A model generated the notes under the pieces. That model had not been told where the DNA came from. It was given only the letters and a program-made list of their open reading frames with translations, and searched no databases. Below are positions 50,301 to 61,225 of a DNA stretch of 64,000 nt, piece after piece (the stretch's first letter is position 1; each line of letters begins with the position of its first letter). The stretch is from Lingula anatina (Eukaryota; Animalia; Brachiopoda): contig CM120641.1 of assembly GCA_051362555.1 (NCBI GenBank), forward strand, positions 24,000,401 to 24,064,400, in the 5' to 3' direction. The translations under genes were made by a program, and so were the position numbers.

Positions 50301-53300
50301 ATTTCCAGATATATCCAAAAGCCTTTTTATCTCTGATAAATTTTGTCTTGACATTTCATCTGTTGTTTTAAATCCACTCCAAACTTCAACACATACTGTT
50401 GGCACATTTTGGTAAAACAAAGCTTGCATTACTTACTCAGTGTAAAGCTCTCCCAAAAGAGCAAAAATGATTACAGAAAGTGTGACAATGCAGACTTGAT
50501 ATCCTGAACCAATCAGGGCAGAGAATAATAGTGGGTGCGAGGCTGGTCTGAAAACATCACCGTGGACTTGCTTCCAACCATACTCATCTCCAAGATCACG
50601 TTCCTGGAAAATGAAGTTGGAGCGTGACCCAATGTGTACAAAATCAATCAATTAACATAAATCTCTATCTCTCTCGTCTTGTCCTCAACCCCTTCCTTCT
50701 GTCTCTCCTGCAAACCTAATAGCTTCTTTATTGAGATCAAAAGAAACAACTTTCTTCAAAGAAAAATTTACATTTATATAACTATCCTTTCCAGTCACAC
50801 TATTTTATCCATTTGTTTATGGCCATTCCTCCATAAATTTCTGCTGCATTCTTGAATCCCGAGAAGAAAACTGTGTCAATCATGAAACAGAAAGGCATTT
50901 TTTAGCAGTTTTAGTTCTAATAATAACAACAACAACATACCATGTCATCCATCTCTTCATCCTTGCTATATCTGGCATAGTCCTTCCTCAATGTCCTCAT
51001 CAGAATCATACTGACCAGACCGACCAGGAAGATGACCATCATGAAGGAGTTGAATATGGAGAACCAGTGGATCTGAAATACAAACCTTGATCTTATTTGC
51101 AAACTCTCAAGAATATGGAAACTTAAAACTTAGATATGAAAGAATTAAATGTCATTCAAACTTACACTGAGATGCTATTTAAAGATTTTTAAAACCATTT
51201 AAGGCTAATGATCTAATTCTATTTATACGAGGCAGTTCACCCATTTAGGTGTATTCATAGATAATGAGGTAAAACGAAGTAAATTCTGGAGAAAAGTTAT
51301 GATAGTACTGTCAGCTTCCTGCTACAACTGCAATCTTGATAAAAAGTAAGGCTTTTTATCACATTACTTGTCTGCAGTATTGTTTACAGTGACAACTTGG
51401 TAATATGCTTAAATAATCAAACAATTAAAATAATCAATCAAAATAACAAGTAGAGTTTTGCCAATTTTCTTACCCTGTGTTGGAAGAAGTTTGGATCCAG
51501 ATATTTGTCAAATCTATCATCAAATTTCACAGTAGAAGCAACCCATTTCACCTGGAAATATTGACATAAACCAAGTTAATCTCTTATCAAATATGTAATG
51601 TATGTATTCACAAAGACAGCTGACTTGATCAAACATGTCCATGTGGAATGTGAGTCTGTCATAGCATGAGCACAATATTGGGTAATTGACTTCCTTTTGA
51701 TAAATATCAAAACTGTTATGTTAACCAAAAGGTTCTATTCAACAATTTCCATACAATACATTCTCATAAAAGGCATATACCCATAAAAATCAAAAGGCAA
51801 AAAAAAATACACTAAACATTTTCATATCATAACGTAAAAGTTGCATTTTCACAATCAGAATAGTTACCTCATATGAAAATGGTATTTTGGCTCCAGGTTC
51901 TAATTTCACCTTGGCCTCACTGGTGAGGTTGACATCAACAATCTGGTTTGTATTGTAGCCAATATCAAACTTTTTATGTGTCCAGATGTAGTAGCCATCT
52001 CCACCTTCATCAACATCTCCAACTATGCCTGAAAGAGAGAGAGAAGAAACCTAAGAACATATACAGAAAACAAACACCAAATTCATCAAACATGAACCAA
52101 TACTATGGAAGGCTCATAAAATCTGCAGTGGAAGCAATCTTATTATCAACAATATTTCAACTTCATAACACCAAATTCATCACTACATATCTCACAAAAT
52201 GGTACCTCTCTTGTAATAAATCACTAGAAAAGGGTGACAAAGAGTTACGATGTTTTTACAAAGTAAAATGTTGTAGAACTGCCACAGTCGGACTGCAAAA
52301 AATTATAGGGATAAAACATTTAAGTAACTAAGATTTCAATTCCATGAACACTACTGTAAAATTGTGCGACCAATGTATATTTAATATTATCAAATAACAA
52401 TTTCAAATAATACTGACCTTGTATAGATATATTAACAAAGACAGGTTATTTTAGTTTGATCAAGTCAAGCCACCAGCAAATTGGGTAATATGAAGCGGTA
52501 CTCTACCCTACACAGCCTTGAACACATTAAAACTGTCTACAAACTAAGGTTAGTTTTTAAATCCAATTTCAGTTAACTAGTTGCAAGGAGGCAAAAGTTA
52601 GTTCGACCTATGGAAAACACATTAAAAAAAGCTGATAACCCTGCAATTTCACGGTGACATTCTAAATTCGGTTTTAAATTAAGACGTTTCTGGTTTCTTA
52701 CCCCATATAGGCAAATCATCAATGTACATCTGATACCAGTAGTGGTTCTTTACTGCATACACAAATGCCTGGTATTTCTCTTCTGATAGAGTAACACTGC
52801 AGTAAGTGGTCTTAGGTTTGTTGACTAAAATATGTATATAAGTATGTTAAATGTATTGATGAAATTTGCATTCCACATAATTCAAGTTAAAAGGAAAAGA
52901 CTTTTATAGTCCTAGTTAAAATGTATAAGTCCTTTAAGGCATAACATTGTCACAATTCTAAAAGTCACACATGGGATGCATATTCATAGCATGACTGGAT
53001 GATCAATTTAATGCCTAGGGCTATTCAATGACTGCAATGCAAATATTCCACTAATTAGACTAGTGCTTCATTTCATGCCAACAGACAACTGAAGGGTTGA
53101 AAACTGATAAAATTATTCTATTCAAGAACTGCAATTTGTACGTGATATACTAGTTTATATACATACCCCTGAAGTCAATGTCTAATCCACTGTACTCCAG
53201 CTCCACTCCCTGCAAAGCCTCCCCCAGAGTCTCGTGGTAGTGGCCTATGGTCTCCTTGGGCCCACCACAGAATGGCAGGGAGAAATACTCATAGGTCTCC

Positions 53301-54869
53301 TGTCTGTTGTGGTAGGGCCCCACTGTGTTCATCCATAGGACCACTTCTTCTCCTTCCTCGTACTGAAAGTTGAATGAACCATACTGTACAACATAAGTTG
53401 ATAATACTACTTTTTTCTACTCTTTTAAATACCGAGGCCAAATTACAATATAAATTATGTCTTTATCTACTATAATTATCTTTCTCCATATTTTAGAACA
53501 TAAAGATAACATCAGCTGTGAGCCATATGTCAACCCTCAATCCTTATATTACATAGTTATCAGGGCAAGATGGATTGATGTATGATGCAAGCAGAAACAA
53601 CACCTGATGGGGTTACAACTATAAGAAAATAGCACAGGTTACCCGAGATGGATGTGAGAACTTATCCAAATATCATTCCATCTACACATATCAGTATTCA
53701 TCTGAAGGTGACATGTGTCTTTAGTCTTATCAGCGACTGGACAAACATCTTTTGTTTTCTGTATTCAAGGAGATAAAGTTCACCCTTTCTGGGAATCATC
53801 TTACTAATACTCACGCCTTGTTTAGCAAAATATCATAACGTATTCTTTCTATCAACTGAACTATACTTTCAAACATTAGAGGATTAAACCCCAGCTGGAT
53901 ACAAATGAATCTAGTCCAAATATCAATTTCTCAATTGTGATAGCAAAATATTTGCAGGGGTCAACTTCTACTATCAATTAAATTTACCTACACTTGAAAA
54001 GTGAAGGCAATGAATTTACCTTTGCATACAATGAAAACCATACAACCATTTCTACTATGGCATTTGCTGGTAAGTGTTTGGAAAAGAATAGGCCAAATAA
54101 CACCTACGTGCAAGAAAAATGACTTCAGCTTTTAGACTTCAAACAACCAAGACTAAAATTTTGTTCGTGAAGAAAATCACAACATGATATTAAGTGCTCC
54201 TGATCATTGGGAACCTTCCTTTCCTTGCTTAAAGTTTTAGTTAACACTTTATGCAGTCTTTCTGCATTTCAAATTTGTGCAATGGTGTCTGATATGAAGC
54301 TCAGTTTTGCTCAAGGTTGGGATTCAAAGAATTTGGACTTACCACAATTTACACAATTGCCCACTTCATATCCACGCTGGCAAATATTAAATATTAAATA
54401 GTGCCATCTCTTCAGTCTCAGATTTGGGAGTGCAGATTTTTTAATACATTTACGAAGTACGGTATTGTCTGTGCATGGTAATATGAATTCTCAACAAAAG
54501 AAGTACAATCCATTTCAGTACCACCAAAGGTACGATACCCTGCATCACTTTCACATTTCTGGGACTGGTAACTATGGCTAATTTACCGGCGTTACTACAT
54601 AATAAGGTGATGATTTACTCCTTGCCATAAATTCAAATCAACGCAGTTGCATGACTTATGTCTTTACATTAAGAAAACAAAATTACGCATTTTCTATAGA
54701 AAAAGAGTCACAGTTTTCAATATCGGAAAAGGGTAAAAAGTTACTTTCTAATCTTCGACTGCATATTTTCATGGAGGGGCGTACTTACTGTGTGGCTATG
54801 TTCATCTCCATGAGAGCATCGTAAGAAGATGAGCACGCAAAAAACTATTCTCAAATGACAATACTTCAT
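47253..54869 (-). CDS. TM9SF3: Transmembrane 9 superfamily member 3 (nonaspanin), full 15-exon gene, ~582 aa
   Basis: complement(join(47253..47320,47525..47601,47993..48076,48315..48461,48714..48782,49147..49286,49582..49712,49989..50083,50437..50603,50941..51072,51474..51551,51868..52028,52702..52824,53167..53362,54789..54869)) = 1749 nt in one open frame, all GT-AG. Motifs: signal peptide then [30 protein letters not shown]; [35 protein letters not shown]; [15 protein letters not shown]; [15 protein letters not shown]; [13 protein letters not shown]; EDYRWQWTSF; C-terminal [10 protein letters not shown] (KxD/E Golgi signal). Confidence 0.96.
47525..47601 (-). CDS. TM9SF3: TM9SF3 exon 14
   Basis: [25 protein letters not shown]. 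Confidence 0.92.
47993..48076 (-). CDS. TM9SF3: TM9SF3 exon 13
   Basis: [27 protein letters not shown]. Confidence 0.92.
48315..48461 (-). CDS. TM9SF3: TM9SF3 exon 12
   Basis: [48 protein letters not shown]. Confidence 0.93.
48714..48782 (-). CDS. TM9SF3: TM9SF3 exon 11
   Basis: [22 protein letters not shown]. Confidence 0.92.
49147..49286 (-). CDS. TM9SF3: TM9SF3 exon 10
   Basis: [46 protein letters not shown]. Confidence 0.92.
49582..49712 (-). CDS. TM9SF3: TM9SF3 exon 9
   Basis: [44 protein letters not shown]. Confidence 0.92.
49989..50083 (-). CDS. TM9SF3: TM9SF3 exon 8
   Basis: [31 protein letters not shown]. Confidence 0.92.
50437..50603 (-). CDS. TM9SF3: TM9SF3 exon 7
   Basis: [34 protein letters not shown]...GELYTE. 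Confidence 0.94.
50941..51072 (-). CDS. TM9SF3: TM9SF3 exon 6 (TM1)
   Basis: [44 protein letters not shown]. Confidence 0.94.
51474..51551 (-). CDS. TM9SF3: TM9SF3 exon 5
   Basis: [26 protein letters not shown]. Confidence 0.92.
51868..52028 (-). CDS. TM9SF3: TM9SF3 exon 4
   Basis: [38 protein letters not shown]...FSYE. Confidence 0.92.
52702..52824 (-). CDS. TM9SF3: TM9SF3 exon 3
   Basis: NKPKTTYC...[22 protein letters not shown]. Confidence 0.92.
53167..53362 (-). CDS. TM9SF3: TM9SF3 exon 2
   Basis: [32 protein letters not shown]...[20 protein letters not shown]. Confidence 0.93.
54789..54869 (-). CDS. TM9SF3: TM9SF3 exon 1: signal peptide
   Basis: [27 protein letters not shown], followed by donor GTAAGT. 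Confidence 0.85.
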
Positions 54870-54954
54870 ATCAAGGTGCCAGATGTCAGCATATGTGCGT
54901 TGACTGAATAAGATTTTTCTCGATTTCTAGGTCGTCAGCTACCTCTGCAAGCAA

Positions 54955-55040
54955 TTCCAATATGGCGACTTAGCTAGCCACGTCAAAGACTACTTCGCGG
55001 ATAATTCACAACACGGCAGAAGGTGGCGGTAGTGTGCGCA
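54955..55040 (-). promoter_or_regulatory. Putative TM9SF3 housekeeping-type promoter/TSS region with a YY1-like motif (AATATGGCG 54959-54967) and a CTCF-like motif (GCAGAAGGTGGCGGTAG ~55016-55032)
   Basis: Short CpG-containing patch ~90-170 bp upstream of the ATG in otherwise CpG-poor DNA. Motif identities were assigned by eye. Confidence 0.4.
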
Positions 55041-55698
55041 TAAAAATGCATTGATGATAATTAAAGTCTGCTTCCTTTATTATGATAAACATTAATTTCT
55101 AAAAATAAATGTTAGAATCATTAATCTAATTTTTTCCAAAATTAAACAATGTACTGAACAATTAGAACTAAATTAGTACAACTGTGTAAAGTGAGGTGGA
55201 GGGTATCACTGAAACTGGTTTTAAAAAATCTTTCTTAGATTTGCACACACTCTGATGTTGATTTTGTTTCAACTCAGAGTGATAATTTGTGCACTCTTTG
55301 GTGAAGGTTTATTTCCATGTTACATTGAAGTTTACGTTAACTTGCAGGGGGGGGGGCACTTTGATCCTAAGAGATTAGCATTTTCCAAGCGTCAAGCTGG
55401 TTGCTCTTTGTCAAGCATTTTATTTCATCAGATGTGGAATATTTATCCCTCAAGAAGTGGATTTGCCTCAAATATTGACAAATGGAGTGGTTGCCAAATA
55501 TTTCTATATCTGCCGTCCATGCACAAGCTGACATACAGTATATAACCTTTTTTTCAGCAACAATTTTGTGGACAACTATTCACCCCTAGAATGCTACACG
55601 TATTATTCTGTCTACTGTTTCATCAGATGTTTATAAAGTATGTCCATAAAAAGTGTGGTAATAACTTACATAAAAGAATTCAAACAGTGAGAAAATTG

Positions 55699-55704
55699 TT
55701 TATT
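55699..55704 (-). terminator. Candidate polyadenylation signal (AATAAA) of the Sushi-domain gene
   Basis: TTTATT on +, followed on the - strand by a T/GT-rich stretch; would imply a ~2.3-kb 3' UTR. Confidence 0.4.
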
Positions 55705-56478
55705 AATCATTGCACATATATATACATAAATTGGGGACATTCCTTTACAGGAAGCTAACTTTCCATCGGTATTCTAATTTCTAAGGTTAAAAATTCACAC
55801 AGAATCGCTATAACCAAGGAAGTGCAGTGTTGTAGCCAATTACTGTTCAGTGTTAATTTCTACAGTAAATGCTATGGTAACCAGCTGTACATGTAAAAGA
55901 CCAGCCTTAAACATCTTTATCTACCATCTTGGTCAATCTTTAGCATCCAGGTAACTGAACAGGTACCCATGGAAGGGTAGGTACAAAACTTTCCATTCAA
56001 CATATACTCTCAACTTGATGGTCTTTTTAATGACTATTTAGAAAATGGAAGGTTTTTTCCAAAATATTTGATTGACTGAAAATTTCCTGGGTGGGAGCAT
56101 GCTGAAAAAAACTATCTATTATGCATTAAATGCTACAACTAGTTACTACAATCCTACAATAAATTTTAGTAAAATATCGATATCAAAATGCTACAAAGAT
56201 TCACTCCAGAAACTGCTAACATGGGTTCACATATATTTCATCAACATTTATTTGTTATGCTAATGACACATAAAGTACGTAAATAATTCCAAGTATCCAC
56301 CGATTTTAGAATCAAAACCATTATTGTAGTCTATATAAACTTAAAGCACTCTCCTGTCAAAAGACAACAGGTCGCACCGTGGTTTATTTCGTGTAAAGTC
56401 ACGACATCCATGAATGCGTTCCACGCACCAATGCACAGGGTTAATTACTCGTGCTTTAAGCCAGTTAAAGCACTCGGC

Positions 56479-56561
56479 GCTGAGCTTTACGAGAAATAGA
56501 GCAGATAATTGTCTCGGCCTCACCTCGCCAATTATCTGCTCTATTTCTCGTAAAGCTCAGC
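56479..56561. repeat. Perfect 33-bp inverted repeat with a 17-nt loop
   Basis: GCTGAGCTTTACGAGAAATAGAGCAGATAATTG (56479-56511) and its exact reverse complement (56529-56561). Confidence 0.93.
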
Positions 56562-56631
56562 ACCTCGTACTTTATCTATACCTTATCAGATTCACCACTT
56601 CATCAGCTGTGCATCTAATGTCTACATACTT

Positions 56632-56677
56632 CACGTAATGGATAGTTTACTCAACACGTAATGGATAGTTTGCTCAA
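56632..56677. repeat. 23-bp tandem duplication
   Basis: CACGTAATGGATAGTTTRCTCAA x2. Confidence 0.85.
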
Positions 56678-57969
56678 ACTGCCTTCTAGAGGTACCATCT
56701 TACAGCATTAATTATTCACATACAGATCATTTCATCTGATCCAAACAATTCTTTACCAAGCCTACACTCTAAATGGGAGAAGTTTATTACACTAATATAA
56801 AATACAAAAAAATACACACTGTAAAAAATACCGAAGCAATTGAAAATGGCATTGAATGGGTTCACAATATGTGAAAGTGTCCATTGAAGAACAAACAAAT
56901 CTGACATTTGTTCTGTAACATACACTAAGAGTACACAGGACATAGATTCTGATAACAGATGGCTTGGATATTGTAAGGCCTATGCTGTGTAATATTTGCA
57001 CTTGTTTTATCTTCCAAATGTACCAGCCTGGATTCAGCATTTATGCATTTACTCATACACATTTCTGAATCAACATGATAGCAGTACCATCTTCTCCGTT
57101 GTTTCTCCTGTTTATGCATATAAAGGTGTGGCAGGTGAAGTGTTACCGATTTGTTACATAAAGCAAACCAAAAATAATAACAATAATAAACCTTGAAGTG
57201 TATAACACTGCTGTCATGGCTAATACTGAGGTCTGTCCAGTCATATAGAGATATTACTAAGTATTGCATGGTTTGACGTTATGAGACATCTTGAAGCAAG
57301 AAACAAAACTTGACTTCAGTATACCGTCATAACTTTAAATTAATGCTGAAAGGATAACCATAAGAAAATGAAATGCATTTTTCAATTCAAATTGTATATA
57401 TAGGCAAGTTTTACTATGCCTCGTCACCAATTTTCAATGAGATATCCGTAAATATAAGCAAACACAAGTCAACCAAACTGATATGTTCGTATGTGCACAT
57501 CCATGTACTGCCACTATCTGCAGAATTTTTACTTTGGGTTTATGATATCCTTGTACCAGAAATATATCTACTTTGTATCTCAGATCTACAATCCTTGAGT
57601 GGCTCATTGCTAAAATAAACATCACAGTGACATCTGTCTATACTTGTACATTAAGTCACATGTTAACCCATCTCCTACATAATGGCATAATAAAAAGTAA
57701 GTTTCTGGAACAGCAGTTGATGTATCAACATTCTTTATAAGTTAATGGAGTACACCTTGTGGCTAATTTTTAGATAGATTTCAATATTCATCACAGCAAA
57801 GGAAGTCCAGTTATTTTGATAGCATGAATGTATCCAGACTGGTACGTAGACATAAATAAGATCCTCAGTCTACCTCAATTTTGACACTATACCACAGAAC
57901 ACAACCAGACAGCAGCAACAGTGTGTTATGTTGCAGTTAAGAATGAGTGTGCATGATGCCATAGTTGTG

Positions 57970-58070
57970 TCATTCCTCCTTGGGTTGGGACTCCTGGGAA
58001 CTCTCTTTTCTCTCCTCATTTTCAAGTAACTGCTCAGATTCTTGGTTATTGTGCTCCAGAAGTGGGGCAT
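57970..58070 (-). CDS. Sushi gene last coding exon
   Basis: Acceptor TTTTCAG|; DAPLLEHNNQESEQLLENEERKESSQESQPKEE* (acidic tail with dileucines). Confidence 0.75.
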
Positions 58071-59116
58071 CTGAAAATAGGAGAGAAAGCCAATGACTTG
58101 TCCTGTCTTCATTGTATAATGATGTTGCTCACTTGAAAACTTTGTAATGCAAATTAAAACTAATGCTTCGTTTCTGAAACTAGCAACTACTTAAACCAAC
58201 AAATTGACCCGAATAATTTCTCACATGTGAAAGAATTTCTGGTAGTTATAATTTGCGTGTACTTACTTCTGGGACCTTACAAGAAAAAAAATTCAGGAAG
58301 TTGCAAAAAGCAATTAACTGACTTATGAAAAGGGAAAGAAAATGAATCTGGATAAAATGTGTAATAACCTTCATTTGCTAAACTCCCATTGGATGATGCC
58401 AGACTCCCCGTGACAGCTTGCCTAGACAATGCTAGTGAAGGGTTTGATGCACTGGAGTCATACGTATCTATAGTCACTGAAGCTGACGTGCCATCACTGG
58501 CATTAACACTAGCATTAATAGTGTTCACAGTTTCAATAGAACCAAAATTCACACTGCCTGACATGTTGTCTCTGTGCGTGCTGCTAGTAACTGCGGAGTG
58601 CCTGGTGCTGCCCTCTACCTGATGAGAAGACTGGCTGGCAGTGTCACCGTTTCCACGCAGACTAGGGGGGATTTGAGGTAAGGGTCTGTACTCCCCCCTA
58701 GAGGGCGTACCTCTCACACTATTACTACTACTGCTGTTGTTACCGGTGCTACCACGAGTTCTAGTGGCCTCTGCATACGTGGGTAGAACCAGGTGGCCAC
58801 CATCAGCAAATGCTATCAGAGCAAGACGGTCATGTTCATCCAATGATGTTGAATCACAGTGGCGAGAGTATGAAGGTGGAGGTGGTGTGATGGGACGCCC
58901 TAATCGTATGTCGGACTTCCTCCTCTTCACTGCCACAGCTATCAGTATCAGCACCAGGATCCCCAGCACGCTGCCTGACGTGGCAATGACCACAGCTAGT
59001 GTCTCAGAGTGGTCATCTTTCCCCAGGTCCGAAGTGGAAGCAGCTGAAAGTTGGAAAATCAAATGCAGAAAGGTTGTAAGATTACTATGCTTATGGTGAA
59101 ACAGGATTTCATTGTT

Positions 59117-59199
<83 letters not shown>

Positions 59200-61161
59200 T
59201 ATTTATATATTTTTTTAATCTAATACCTCATAGGTAAAAACACATTTTATCCCTTTTAACATTGAGCAGTATACTAAAGAAATAAAATCTGCATCAATTT
59301 ACTTCGAGAGACTGACAACTGAGTATACTCCTTGATGTGAAAAGGGTCTTTAGCAAATTACTTCCTTACCAATTGTTTCTATGTTGTGCTAAGTTACTTG
59401 CTTTTTTAGCTCATATTATAGTGATCTTGTAACAGGAGAAAAACACATGCTAGCTACCTTGCATCAAATAAACACCCTAAATAGCCTTATTGCTGGAACA
59501 CTAGAACAAATTTATAGATTTTCAATTAATATTTATCATACCTACTTTTAAAAGACTTAACCAACCAACCCACCTTCCCTACAGCTAGGTTTATTAGTAG
59601 TCCAAACTCCTTCCTCAGTACATGTAATGACTGTGCTGCCTCCTACAATCTCGTAGCCGTCAAGACAATAGTAGTGTACAGATACACCCGAGTAGAACTG
59701 GTCACAGTCTTTGTGCGGGTCACACAGTCTGCTGCCATGTTGCACATTACCAGGATCTTCACAGGTTGTTACTGAAATAAACAATTTCCACTTCTCATCA
59801 AAATCTTATGACCTGTAAGGGTCAGCCTGGGGAACAAGTACATGGTTTATCAATATCAGGCCTACCCAACTACCAGACTCGGCACCTAAGGATCCTGAAT
59901 TAACCGGTATATCGGACCACACTACCCGTTTTCAAGGTGTGTGTCAGATCGCATTTTGGAGTATCAGCCAGAACACCGACAGGATGAGCCCTGGCATGCT
60001 CGGCTGTCACCTTGATTGGATAGTAAACGAGTGTCGTAAAATCGCTATATGATTTTAAAACCGGGTGCATAAATTTGAAAGCCACCTAGATGAACCTTAG
60101 ACTGCCACATTAATCTAATACAATGCAAAAATCCCTATCAAAAGTGGTTAAAACATGCAAACCGAATGTCGTAAAGTCCCCGTATATCCCCATAGACACA
60201 ATAGAATAGAGTACTCTAAAGTAAGAGTACAGTTTAAGGTTGTTCAGCCGAGCGTGGATGAGCCCGCAGTCGTGCTACAAAATTTGTTCTGAAGTATGAT
60301 ACTCCGAAATGCGATCTGACACACACCTTGAAAACGGGTAGCGTGGTCCGATATACCGGTTAATTCAGGATCCTTAGGTGCCGAGTCTGGTAGTTGGGTA
60401 GGCCTGAATATATATTGATCATTTTTCTCAAAACAAATTAAAACTTTAAAATAAATTCAGAAATGAGGGTGGACCTTTCAAAAAAAATTCTCAGTGCAAG
60501 CATCAAAGGCAAGAAGCTCTATATGGAAACGTCTGAGGGGCATAAATACAACACCCAATTATCCAGATTTCCAGATAAAAATCCAGAAAAATCTATAAAA
60601 ATTGGTAATCAGTCTTTATGAAAACAAGTTTAAGAAAACAAGTTTAAGCTTTTGTTTAACTTCTCACCTTTTCCACTGTCTTTGATGCACCTTGGAGGGT
60701 AGTGGTTAAAAAAAGAGGTTTTGTAATTGTATGGCTTCCATTCCTTGTTGGTGCAGACAATGGTCTTTGCTCCAATCAGGGAGTAGTTCACATTGTCTTC
60801 ACATTCATAAACCACCTGACTTCCCTCAGAGAAAGGTGATGACACTCCAACAATGTACCATCGGCCATTTTCTATGTCCTGGGGCTGCTTGCACTGTTTA
60901 TTTTCTAAAAATGAAGAGTAAAGATCACAAATTATAAAAACTCCAGACCTAATAGAACTTGCATTAGAAATGGTCTCAATATGCAAAATGTTAGAAGGTT
61001 ACATCTACAACCTATAAACCTGCAGCAGATTTATAACAATATTCTCTTGTAAAAAAGTAAAATGTAAGACATTCTTTGATGATTTCCTAATTTGGTGAAG
61101 ACAGATATAAATTTGAAATCCATCCTCAGGATTTGCATATTAAAAATCTTACTAATAACCC

Positions 61162-61225
<64 letters not shown>

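Noticed and set aside
58277-58368. Unspliced C-terminus of ORF 58277..59062 (YYTFYPDSFSF...FFL)
   Set aside because: The composition switches to intron-like pyrimidine tract, and a clean in-frame terminal exon exists at 57970-58070.
58389-59099. Plus-strand ORFs 58389..58622 and 58737..59099
   Set aside because: They are antisense shadows of the large Sushi-gene exon.
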